Below are positions 13,129-25,016 of a DNA stretch of 64,000 nt, piece by piece; within the stretch, counting starts at the first letter, position 1, and each line of letters starts with the position of its first letter. This DNA is from Tricharina praecox (Eukaryota): assembly GCF_024521635.1 (NCBI RefSeq), contig NW_026250426.1, positions 558,001 through 622,000 of the forward strand, in the 5' to 3' direction. The translations under genes and the position numbers were made by a program. A model generated the notes under the pieces. It was not told the origin of the DNA. It was given only the letters and a program-made list of their open reading frames with translations, and searched no databases.

Positions 13129-13874
13129 ATGTCGCCGCGAGTGATGCCACGTGCCGACCCCCTAGCCGCCGAGCAGGGTCCGGCCGCAAACGATGGGTTA
13201 GGTATTTCCGACAACGCCGGCGGCGCTCAAAACCTGACCGCCTCTGCCGTCGCCGCCGCAGGCTCGGCGGTCATCACCGGCGGGTTCCAGGAATCGCTGT
13301 AAGCTCCCCCTCCCTCCCCCTCCCCGCTCGCCTACACTTCGACCTGCATTCATTTCGTTCATCCCCCCGCTAATTATTTTTTCTTTTTCCCGCGGATTAA
13401 AGACTGGGCCTGCACACCACCAACGCCATCCTCATGGTCGTGTTGATCGCCGTGCTGGTGCCGCTGGCGGTCACGGCGGTGTGGTTCATGTGTCGCCGGC
13501 GGCAGAAGAAGAAGGTAGCGGCGGCGGTGGCGGGGGAGAACGGGGATAGGAAGATGCGGCCGCTTACGCTGGTCGCGAGACACATCTCCGACGGCGGGAA
13601 GAAAGTCGAGAGGGACGTGGAGAGGGAGGGGGAGAGGGAGGGGGAGATGGAGGGGGAGATGGAAGGGGACAGGGAGAGGGAGGGGGAGAAGGGCTTGGTG
13701 ATGGTTGAGGTCTCGCTTGCAGAGGAGGAGGAAGAGGACGCGGTCGCGAAGGCAAAGAGGGAGGCGCAGGCTCAGGTACAGGCGGAGGCACAGGCGGAGG
13801 CTCAGGAACAGGCACTGGATCAGGCATTGGCACAGGCACAGGCGAAGCGGGGATGGTGGAGGTGGAAGACGTAG
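13129..13874 (+). CDS. Orphan single-pass membrane protein (~213 aa; exons 13129-13298 and 13403-13874)
   Basis: TATAAG at ~13101 and ATG at 13129. Intron 13299-13402 (GTAAGC...GCTAAT...TAAAG) joins MSPRVMPRAD...GGFQES-L to LGLHTTNAIL in frame with ORF 13434-13874. One hydrophobic helix (AILMVVLIAVLVPLAVTAVWFM) is followed by RRRQKKK and an E/Q/A-rich tail. Confidence 0.65.
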
Positions 13875-15388
13875 ACGTTCTAGACGTAGACGTAGACGCA
13901 TAGTAGGGTGTTGGCGTTGGTTTACATGCATACAAGAAATTTGCACGATGGCCGAGGAAAATGGGCAGGTATTCATTCAATTCGTTCATGCATTCAGCGG
14001 AGACGGCAAGATTATTTCCTTTTGCGTTTCTTTCTCTTTCTTTCTTTCTCTTCTTCTTCTTCTTCTTTTTTTCTTTTCTTTTCCTTTTATGATACCTTTT
14101 ATGATACCTTTTATTCCCTTCTCTTTACCTTTTCATGACGTTCACGGACAACGGGGGAATACTGTAGATAACGGACAGATATTCATGGGCGGCAATGCTG
14201 GTGGTGGAAACGGGAGGTGGTAAGGTACAGGAATATCAACAACAGAGAGTCGAGACTCGAGACAAATGCATGCAGCAGCAGCGAGAAGGAAGGAGGTCTG
14301 GTTTCTTCATATGTAGGATGTAGCTGGCCTCTCTCGAGTCTCGAGCCGCTTTCCCCCAGAGCATGCTTTGTATGTACCATTTGCATCGTGAGGTTTATTT
14401 TATCTTGTTTTGTTGCGCTTTTGTGATATCGTCTAGAGCATGTAGAGTACGTTGCATATACAGTGCCTATGGCCTGGCCCGGCCCTTTCTTCTTCTCTCG
14501 AGTCTGTCTCTCTGCCTTCGGCAATTGCACGAATAGAGTAGATACCCAGACGCCATGTACAGTCCGCACACAGCAACAAGTTCCATCCCTTCCTTTCCCA
14601 GTTCCCACCAGCATCCCTCTCTGGAGTCTCGACGACGACGATGTCACATCCATCCAGAGTAACTGGTAACCGCCTCAATGCCTCACAATTCCCAATGCCT
14701 ATCCGCCAGAAAAAACCGCAAATTTAGATTCGCCCTCCATCCCCCCGGGCGGGCCCCCGTTTCCTTTTCCCACCCTAAGGGAGTACACATGACCCCCCTC
14801 CCTACCTGCATATGTAGCTCCGCATACCTGCTTACCTATATGTATACTCACCAGCTGCCGTATGTGTGCAGTAGCGGATGATTATCGTGAGGTCGTTCGT
14901 GAGTAGACAGATACCTGATAAAGAGAGAGAGAGAGTTCTTGCCCAGAAATGCAGATGCAGAGTACCGAAGGTACACAGTAGAGTACATGGTGGTACGTGT
15001 ATGCTTTCGGGGAACTCCCACCACATCATACTCTGGAGTACGGTACCACTTGCCCTCTCCCACAACGACGTCGCCCCTTCCAGGCTTCCACCCTCTGGAG
15101 TCTTGCTATGTGCATTCCCCCGTCCCCGTCCTTGTCCCCCGTCGCGAAATCGTTCCATCGCCCTATCGCGACTGAAACCGTTAAAGAAGGAAGTTAGAAC
15201 GAAGGAAGGAAGGAAGGGGCGGTAGAAGTTTCCCCCCCTCCCACCCATAAATAAAAAAAAAAAAAAAAAAAGCACCAGCAAGTTCCCGAGAGCGCGGGCG
15301 GGGGCGCGGGCGGGCGCGAAAGCAAGTACAACTGTGCAAGTGCGCACCCAGGCCCAGGTTGTATGTAGAGTATGTATGAAGAAATGTA

Positions 15389-16033
15389 AAGTACTAGGTC
15401 AAAAGGTTTTCGTACGATGGCCGTTTTACACCAAAAATGCCCATTTTCAAGTAACCAAAACCCACCCTTCACGTGGCGGAAAAAAATCGAGTCTTTCGTA
15501 GAAGCTTTAGAATTGCAAGATGCATCACATATAAGAAGTCTGACGACTTTTGCTTCGGATTGGTGGCGCATGGTACGGTGTTGTGCACGGGTTGGAGAGT
15601 GATTTCAGATTTTGTATGGGGCCCCCACACAAAATTATTGCGTGACAACCAGTTTCAACACCAACTTCTCTCCCATACGGCATTACTCAACCACCACCAG
15701 TTAGAATTATGTGCCGATTTCAATCTAGGTTCTCTACCCGATTTAGAAGACCATATAATGGTCCACATATTTTTATACTACCTTATGGTTGCTGTATCTA
15801 TGGCGGGAAATGACCTACCTCGGTGAAAGGGAAATCCGCCAAGCCACTCTACTTCGCATAAAATAATCCGCCTGGCGAGCTGGAAATCTCATTGAAGCTT
15901 TATTAGTATATATTCGTGATATATGCCAATTATTAGTACTCTCTTAAGTGTGGTTGTTGTGTTATAGAGATATATGTCTGTGGTGTGGTGGCGCTTTTGG
16001 GGGAGGTGTACGAAAACTTTTGGCCTGGTACTT
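15389..16033. mobile_element. Tc1/mariner-type MITE (645 bp, TA target-site duplication)
   Basis: Left TIR 15389-15415 AAGTACTAGGTCAAAAGGTTTTCGTAC matches the reverse complement of 16008-16033, AAGTACCAGGCCAAAAGTTTTCGTAC. TA flanks both ends (15387-88, 16034-35). The interior is AT-rich and non-coding. Confidence 0.8.
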
Positions 16034-19000
16034 TATGTAAACATCCACAGCGCACATCCACATCGCACAGCGATGTATGATGTATCATACTCTACATATC
16101 ATATGTACCCCCCGCCCAACCCCAACCACCTCGAAATCACGGTAAGTATTGTAAACCGGACCAGCCTCCCGCCGTCATGCAGATTGCCGTCGCACCACCA
16201 CCACCACTACTCTACACCACTACTCTACACCACCAAGTTACACCGCTACACCACTGCACCAACTGCACCACTATGATATGTAGCGTATGTAGCGTATGTA
16301 CGTAGAGTAAGTCGAGTAGAGTACGACCGTCCACACACACACCCACCATCCCAATCACCATTCCCTAAGAACACATCTATCCGGACCAAACCTGAGAGTG
16401 AGTGCGAGGGCAGGCAGTGGCTGCAAAGTGCACAGTGCACAGCTGCGGATGGTTTGCCGTGTCTCACTACCATCATCCACCATTCGCCGCCGCCGCTGCC
16501 TCATCCTCCGTGGAGCTGCCTGGAGCTGCCACTGCTCTTCCCTGGAGCTACAGTTTATAGACCTATGTAGGGAGTTGACATGCGGAAGCAAGAGAGAGAT
16601 GGACGAGCCATAAGGAGTCATCGTCGAAACGACCGGCGAAGTCCTCTCCCGGGTCCTTTCCCTCCCAGGTCGCTTCCCTCGCACAGCTACCGGTATCTTT
16701 CCATCTACCAATCTATCCCCGCCAACCGCGTGCCGAGGGCTCTACTTTAGGTAGAGTACCTGTGTAAAGTGCGTAACTACTGTGTGGTATCATATCTTGC
16801 ACAGGTGCAATACTGCTCCATCCATAGTAGAGGACCGTAGTTATCGACGCCGGATGACGTACTCTAGAGTAAAGATGATGCACTTTACACATGTACTCTG
16901 GGGGAGAAAGTGTGTGGTGGTGGTGGTTGTGGTGGTGGAAGGTGAAAGGCGAAAGCCTGGCTGCCTGGCTGCCCAGTGGCTGCCCAGTGCCTAGTGCCTG
17001 CCCGCCTGCCTACATACCGTACACACTCTAGGTACTGCCTAGTGAACACGCGCGCCGCGCCGCGCCGCGCCGCCCCGTGCCGCAGCAGCGACTCTACATA
17101 CTCTACTCTACCGATGATGTGGGTGTGTATACGGTATTCCCGGTGTGTGTGTGGTGGATGTGTGGTGGGTGTGTGGGTTCGTTTGCATCTTTGCTCTGCT
17201 TTGTTCGGTTTCTCGTTTCTCGTTTCTCGTTTCGCCTGATGCCTGATGCATATACTTACGGTAGGTACGGTCGTCGGTAGTAACTTTAGCCATACTGGCC
17301 CCGGGGAACAAAGGAGGAAAGAACGGAAAAAAAGAAAAGAAAGAAAGTCAACCCCACTATGGGGCCCGATGCAAACCTGAAGAAGAATTAAGGCTTAATA
17401 TAAAAAAGAATAAAAATAAAAAAGAGTAAAAACGCCCGTCGCTTCGCGGCGGCATGGCTCGTGCTCACTCACATGTGTACTATAAGCTGCAGCGTACGAT
17501 GCCCGACTGCCCGACTGCCCGACCCCCAACTCCCGACATCCGAATGCCGATCCCGTCCCATCCCGTCCATTCCCGTCCTGTCATAGCCTGGCCGACTCCG
17601 CCTGCGCACTCGCCGCACTCACCGCCGCCGCACTTACCGCCGCCGCACTTACCCTCGCCGCCCCCGCCGCAGACGCCACCGCCACTAACCCCAGCCAGAC
17701 ACCCAGAAAGGCAAAGATCCGATCTACTAGCACCCATCACCCATCGTCCATCGCCCGCCACCAATCGCCCGTCCATGCACCCCCCCTTCCCCCTTCCCCC
17801 GCCCAGCGACCAGCCCGATTCCGATTCCGATCCCCGCTCGCTCCGTTCCCGACGGCCGACGCAAGCCACAGGCCACAAGCCACAAGCCCAAACCACAAGC
17901 CTAAGTAACAAGCCACAAGTCAAGTCAATCCGTCGTATTTTTGGCAAGCCGCAAGCGCTTCCGGGCCATAGTCATGATCTCATCTGTATGAGTCTGTGAG
18001 ATCTCGACTCTCGACTCCAGCACTGCCACCGCCCCACCGTCCCACCGCCCCACGCCCCGCCGCCACCTCTCCCGCCGCCCCACTACCTCCCTAACGGCCT
18101 ACGTCTACCGGCTATCTAGAGCGCCCATCCCCCCCCTCCCCCCCCCCCCCCTCCCCCCCCACCACACCTCCTATATCCACTAGATATACAAGTAAGTAGG
18201 GGGTGGACATGAGCATGGGCATGCCAGATCCGATCCCGCGCCCCACGCAGCGCAACGCACCGCACCGCACCGCAACGTAACGCACCGCACACTCGCTCAA
18301 GGCAAAGGCAAAGCATGCACTTCCCGCTCCCGCGTACCGTTCCGGATCACCGCGAGCGAGCGAAGCCCAAGGAAAAAAACCATAACCCCCCTCCCCCTCC
18401 ACCCCCAGGAACGTCACCGGAACCCCCAGGAACGTCACCGGGACTCAATGATCAATGATAAAACAAGACGGGAAACGAGCGGAACGACACGACGGGTGTC
18501 TGATATTATATGTATATACTCTTACTCTTACTCGGGTAAGTGAAGAAGTAGAAGAAGAAGAAGAAGCCAAGAAGAAGAACAAGAATCAAAAGAAAAAAGA
18601 AAAAGAAAGAAACAAAGAAAATACAAAGATGCTCCAGAAACAATCCATCCCACCTCCCGTGGAAAGCGAGAGAAAAAACAAACCACATGACGTAGGTATT
18701 CGACTCCCACACACGGAAGGGGAGGCGAAGGGGAATTGCCCGACTTATCACAAGTCTCAAGGGCTGAGAATCGCCGTAGAGTAGAACCTGAAGAGTCCAG
18801 ACAGGCACCGGACCGAACAGTAACGAAAAAAACATGAAATCGGAATCAAAACTCAAAAACGAATAAACCACTCCAGAAACCAAGACAAACATCCACAACA
18901 CCAAAACACACTCCCCCTCCCCAGGTATAAACGATAATGCTGCAGAGAATAATGACGAGAGAGCACGCAACTAGGAAAAAAGAAATCTGGGTGTGAAACC

Positions 19001-19610
19001 AAAACCGAGACGGAAAAATAAAGCACAGATAAACCTCCGATGCAAAAACATTGAAACAAGCACACGAGAAAGCAGTAGAACGAATCCGCAAGAAATAGGT
19101 GAATCGAGGAGCCACCGCGAGAAAGCCGCCGGGCGAATCCTCATCCCCCACTGAGTTGATCTTCTGGGTCCTCCCCTGCCGTGTATACAGACGCACACAC
19201 ACACAACACAGCACACAGCACACACACAACACCATCCCCCCCTCCGGTGACCGGACCGAGAAAGCTCGTTTCTTCGTACAATCGTGACAGGATAACATGG
19301 AAACCAGCCAAACCAGATGCCAAAAAATCATAAATATAGACACCCAACAAAGCACAGATACGACGCCCTACCCACAATGTACGAGAACGAAGGTAACGAC
19401 GGGACGAAAAAAATAGACCCTCCAAGAACCGAAAAAGACCATGCAAAGTACAAAACTACCGCTAGGCGCCCGCGGTGATGATTACTTGCTGCCGACTTGC
19501 CGATCTACGGTCTGTGCTCGGGATTGAACGAGAGTGGGAGAAATCAAAGTTAAATATTGTAGTTGAAAGGTGCAGTAGCAACACACCGATGCGTGCCGGA
19601 GCCTGCCGAG

Positions 19611-20765
19611 TTATAGGCCGGTCCGGAAATTGAGACGCATTAGCATGTCTCCGTCGGCCGCAGACCGTGCTTGGTGCTGCGAAAGCGGAGGCCCGGGCTG
19701 GGGCGTGTCGATGAGACCTGCAATCTGCATCGACGGGATCGGCCCATTGGGCGAGCTCGGGCCTGAAGACGTTTCGCGATGGCTCGGGTGGAGCATGGGC
19801 GGATGAAACGTCAGGTGGGGCTGCGGCGACACGCTGTGGTGTTCGCCGGACGAGCGATGCGAGCCCGGGGAATCCGGCCGCTGCGACGAGGCTGAAGCGC
19901 TCGACGGCGGTGGCGGATAATAGCTCCCCGGCACCTGCGAAAGCGTTGGTGCCGGTGGCCCCTGCCCGTAACTTGACGTGTACGTCGAAGAAGATCCATT
20001 CATAGGTGGAGGAGGGAAGGTGTGACCGGGAGCTGGAAGATGGGACGAAGGGGAGGGAGGTTGATTCGAATAATGACCTTGATAGTCATCGGCCGAACTT
20101 CTCCTGCCGTAGGCGCTCTGAGAGTGCCCAAGCGGCGGTGGTAGTTGATGACTCCGGTCTTCCTGCGACATGTATGGTGGATCGCCGTTTACGTGGCCGC
20201 CGGGGCTCGGAAGGTTGTACCGGTTGTCATGGGACGCTGGGAGCGGGAGTCGAACGTTGTCGTGGGTAGGTTGCATGATGTAGCCTTGCGGTAATGGTGC
20301 GCCGTGAGGTCCGTACACTGTCTGGCGACCAAGGGCCGACTGCGGAGCGGGCACGAAGGCTTGTATCGGGCCGGTTTGAGACGAGACGGGAGTGAAGACG
20401 CATTCTTGGTTGAACCGCATACAGTTGGCACACCTACCGTCCGGGGAGGTCTCGAATCCAGAGCATCGGATCTGCAACAAATTGTCCGTCAGTCGCAATT
20501 TTCGAGATTGGAGGGGGGGGAAGTGGGGGTTATGGATTGGGGGGAAGGGCACGGGAGAGAGAGGTTGTTTCTCATCACTACATACCTTTCTCCTCCGACA
20601 ATACCTGCAGGCAATTGCGGTCCGTTGTCTCGGCGCGGGCTGCTGATGGTAGTGTGGCGGGAGGTGGTAGGGACTGTGATTCGGAGGACCCGGGGGACCA
20701 CCCATACCGTTGGGATTTGGAGGAGCGAACATGTTGAGGTTTGCGTGCCGACTCAATGCTGCCAT
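19611..20765 (-). CDS. mcrA: Zn(II)2Cys6 transcription factor, McrA/EBR1-like (~346 aa spliced; exons 20765-20586 and 20471-19611)
   Basis: Removing intron 20585-20472 (GTATGT...CTGAC...TTGCAG) gives PRQRTAIACRYCRRRKIRCSGFETSPDGRCANCMRFNQECVFTPVSSQ (CX2CX6CX10CX2CX6C). From memory this is near-identical to the Aspergillus McrA cluster. The body is P/S/H-rich, with no fungal TF middle-homology domain. Confidence 0.85.
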   Translation of the reverse strand: MAALSRHANLNMFAPPNPNGMGGPPGPPNHSPYHLPPHYHQQPAPRQRTAIACRYCRRRKVCSDEKQPLSPVPFPPIHNPHFPPLQSRKLRLTDNLLQIRCSGFETSPDGRCANCMRFNQECVFTPVSSQTGPIQAFVPAPQSALGRQTVYGPHGAPLPQGYIMQPTHDNVRLPLPASHDNRYNLPSPGGHVNGDPPYMSQEDRSHQLPPPLGHSQSAYGRRSSADDYQGHYSNQPPSPSSHLPAPGHTFPPPPMNGSSSTYTSSYGQGPPAPTLSQVPGSYYPPPPSSASASSQRPDSPGSHRSSGEHHSVSPQPHLTFHPPMLHPSHRETSSGPSSPNGPIPSMQIAGLIDTPQPGPPLSQHQARSAADGDMLMRLNFRTGL

Positions 20766-23268
20766 CGGCTGACTGTGCGAAGGATGGGAGGGAGAAGGGT
20801 GAGGAAGTCTTCTTAAAGGTCAGTCCAGGGCTCTAGATTGAGCAGTACGAACGGGGCGATGAGGGGGTTGGCCTAAGGGAAGTGTGTTCGGAAGACTTGG
20901 GCGGACAGGACAGACCTAGTAGACCCGGATGGACGAAAGCGGGGCGAGGTGGTCGGCGGAGCTTAGCAAGCGCGCTTTGGAGTGGCTGGTGGAAGACGGT
21001 GTACAAGGCTACGATCCGGATGGACGCGAGGAGTGGAAGGGGGGGGCGAAAGCTGGAAGTTTGGTTGGCGGGAGTGTTGTTTGGAGTGAGGATGAGGGGT
21101 TGCGCCGAGAGTGTTGGAATGGGAGGGCGTGGTTGGACGGGCGAGGAGGATGTAGATGTAGGACTGGGTGGCTGCACTGGTGTGATGCTTTCTTTATGGG
21201 CCGGCGGGAGGAGGAGGAGTGGTAGATAGGTGCGTGGGAGCGAGGGTGTTGGTTGAGTGAAGATGTGTGTGTGTGAGTGTATGTGTGTGTGAGTGTGTGT
21301 GGGGGGGGGGATGAAGATGTTTAAATGTATCCCGGTGCTGGGAATTTATGGGGGGGAGGGAGTGTGTGAGGGGGGGTAGTAGTGGTTGGGGCGGTGGCCG
21401 AGGAATGTGTGGTGGTAGTGGAGGTGGTGTTCAGAAAGTCTCGTGCATACGCATGGTCCACGAAGGCTGCGGGCGGCGGGAAGGGGAAGCAGGGATGGTG
21501 GACCAGACGAGCGAGACAACGACACCGGGAAGGGTGATCTCAGCGGGAAGCCGCTTTCACCGAGAACGCAGCCCGAAAGGGACAGGGTCGTCCGAGTGGA
21601 CAGATCAGTACTGGGCGGACGGGCGATGGATGGGCGGAGGATGAGTAAGGGTGAGGAAGAGTTGTTGGAAGAGGGAAGGAGGGGGAGAAGGGAAAGGAAG
21701 GGAAGGGAAGTGAAGTGAAGGGGTGAGGGAGGGAGGGAGGGATGGAGGGATGTCCCGCTGACTGCGTGCGCGAGGGGCAGACAGGCGGAAGACGTGCGAG
21801 CGTGCGTGTGAGTGTGAGTTGAGTGTGAGTGTGTGCGACGGGTGAGCGAGGTAGGCAGGCAGGAAGGCAAGTGGCCAGCCAGACGGAGGCAGGCAGGTGG
21901 CCAGCCAGAGGGAGCCGGGCAAAGCGGGCTGGCGGTTATGTGATGTGGCTGGGCTTTGACGAGGAACAGGCGGTAGAAGTTCCCCCGGAGTTTCGCTTTC
22001 ACGGTTCGGCCGTCTCGCTGTTACCAGAGTGTCGGGACGAATGGGGAGGGGTCTATCTCTTAAGGAGTTGTTCCCCTTCGCGTGCGTTGCCAGCTCCTGG
22101 GTAACGTGCAGGAACCGCTGCCGATAGAGATTCGTGTGTGAGGCGAGAACGAGACGGCACCGAGAAAAATAAAATAAAGGTTTCCCGTTTCAAAAACTGT
22201 AAATGCACATGCGGCGCCCGGGAAGGCAAGGCGGAGTGCTAGGGAAACCAAGAGTTTTTTTTTAGTTTTCTCACAAAAAATATGAAAGCGAAAAAGGAAA
22301 GAAGAAGAAAAGAAGGAAAGAAGGAAAGAGAATTGGCCAGAGCCAGTCGGATGGGAGGGTGGAGAGTGGAGAGGAGAGAAGAGGATGGAAGCGAGAAGCA
22401 GAGGGAGATGGCGGAGGGGTGGAGAGAAATAATAGAGAATTGAGTGGAGAGAGCGGGGAGGTGGAGAAATAATAGAGACGTGGACAGAGAGAGAGAGCGG
22501 AGACGTGCGCGACGTGGTAGTGGTAGTGGTAGTGGTAGTGGCAGTGGTAGCGGTGAGTTTGTTGTGGTACGGGTTGAGGAGGCCGAGCAGGTGTCGATGG
22601 ATCGACTCGGCGATTCCAGCAACTATGTCTCGGCGATGCGATGTACGGTGCGGCCCTCCGCCGTCGGTGGAGTGACGGTCGTGGCTACAGACGGCCGGGT
22701 GATCTTTCTTGCGCGGGCGGGACGTGGGAGGGGACGAGGGGGAGGGGGGAGGAAGAGAGGGGGAGGGGAGGGGAGGGGCGGAGGAGGGGCGGAGGAGACG
22801 ACCGGGCACCCTCAGCGAACGCTTTGTACGGACAGTGAGGATTGGTGAGCAACGGGACAAAGACAACGACAATAACAACAACAACAACAATAACAGCAAT
22901 CACCACCACCAACAAACAGCAATGGCCGACGAACGATGATGGATGGATAGTTAGGGAAGGGGGGATGTGACGATGATGATGATGGTGATGATGATGATTA
23001 TGGTGAATGACGACGTCGATGAATGACGACGATGATAGTGGTGATACACCTTCCACTCAGCCAGCGAATAAAGTGAACGAACGACGGAACAAACGTGAGT
23101 GCGCAGTCGACTCGGATCCGATACCCAATCGTCTAAGACGCGATCGTGAGTGCTGACTCGAAAACAACAGGGAGCAAGCCGTCAATCAATAAGGAAACAA
23201 TATATCAGCATCTGGCCCGGGTTGTTGTCGGCGGGCGTGTAAGCAATCCGAATCCACAGCGCAGGAAC

Positions 23269-23319
<51 letters not shown>
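23269..23319. repeat. (TGAT)~12 tetranucleotide microsatellite
   Basis: Read directly. Confidence 0.9.
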
Positions 23320-23542
23320 GTTGCGGGAGGGGCTTTGCGGATGTGAGGTGTGTGGGTGCGTGTATGCGCTTGCGGGCTGTCGGTCAGAACAGAATTCCGC
23401 GCGAAGAGTCGGGTACCGGCGGCGAAGAGGGGAAGGTCCAAAGGGGTAGTTTTGCTCTTCCCAGAGTTCTTCTCCTAACGCCCCCCGCCGGGGATGGCCT
23501 TGATGGCTGGACGGGGTGGACTGACTGGCTGGCGGGCTGGCC

Positions 23543-23603
23543 CTGGTTCTGGTCCTGGCTCGGGTCCTGGTTCTGGTCCTGGCCCTGGTTGTGGTTCTGG
23601 TTG

Positions 23604-23666
<63 letters not shown>

Positions 23667-23692
23667 CTCTGGCTCTGGCTCTGGCTCTGGCT
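23543..23692. repeat. (GGTTCT/GGCTCT/GGTCCT)n hexamer microsatellite
   Basis: About 24 hexamer units. It generates the spurious PE/GS/QN/WF-repeat ORFs in the track. Confidence 0.9.
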
Positions 23693-24890
23693 GCTGGCTG
23701 GCGGAGCGGGGCGAAGGTGTGCACCAGCAATTGCGAGCAAAGACGGACTCGGAAAAGAGATGTCGTGAGGCTAGCGATCGGGTTGGACCAGGAAGGAGAG
23801 CAAAACAGCGTTGGAGAGAACCGACAGAGAACCCCGCCAAACGACGATGAGAAAAAGCGATAAATTCCCGACAGCGATGATGTGTGTACCTACTTGGGAC
23901 TACAGAGGATAAAAAATAAAATCGTGGTGCTCTCCTAGGGACAAGGGGGGAAGGGAGAAATAAAAAGACAGCGCGGAGCTGAAGAGTACAAGGTGACGGG
24001 CTTCCCCAATCAGAAGCGGCACTCAACCCCAAGCAGCACAGCGAATTGGGCAGAGTCCGGAGAGGGAGGAGGGGCCCCCCTTGTTATCGCGAGACCAGCA
24101 ACCGACAGACAGCGAACTGAGAGCAAAAAAGCACGGAACAGCGCGGCCCAACTGCCTGCCTACCGACCTGCCTGCCTGCCCACATACATACATGCCACCT
24201 CTCCGCTCCTCTTTCCGCGTACTCCCTCCACTGAGTCGGAAGACGAAGCAGAAGACGAAGCAGAAGACGAGGCGTGGTATTTGCAGAGTGGTGACAGCAG
24301 GAAGTAAGAAGTATGTAGCAGCGGCAATGCGATAGTATAATGACGATGGTTATGTATGTATGCGATAGGTATGGCCCGGCCGCGCTGGCCGTGGTCTGTC
24401 CGTTCTGGTCTGTCCATTGTGGCCCGTCCGTTCTGGTCTGTCCGTCTGTCTGTCTGCGGGAGAGCCAGCCAGCTAGCAAGCACGGATTCAGTTACATACG
24501 TCGCGGTTCCGGATCGAACAGATGGTGCCGCTGGTTCCCATGGAACCTCTCTCTCCCTCTCTCTTCCTGGGCAATTGCAAGCAGCAACAGCAGCAGTATC
24601 TACTCGTCCATAGCAGAACAGCTGTATGGCCGTGGTTGGGCGGTTGCACGCAGCAGCGTTGCGCAAATGCCACACCACTCGCGCCGTGATCGATTACGGC
24701 TCACTTGAGCCGCTGCCTGATCCTGACCCCCCTCTCGGGCCCGGGCCCGGGCCCTGGCCATGCACACCTCGTCTCGTCTCGCCTCGCCTCGTATCTAGAT
24801 TGTCTACCTGCCAAAAAGTCCTACGCGTGTCACGCTCCACTATGGCGGCACAGCTTTCTATCTGTCTGTCAACATCCCTCCCCACAGTCC

Positions 24891-25016
24891 GTCTCTCTGT
24901 CTCTGTCTCTGTCTCTCTTTCTTTCTCTCTCTCTCTTTCTCTCTCTCTCTTTCTCTCTCTCTCTTTCTCTCTCTCTCTTTCTCTCTCTCTCTTTCTCTCC
25001 CTTCCTCTCTCTCTTT
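24891..25016. repeat. (CT)n-rich polypyrimidine tract
   Basis: About 125 bp of CT/CTT/CTGT repeats. Confidence 0.9.
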
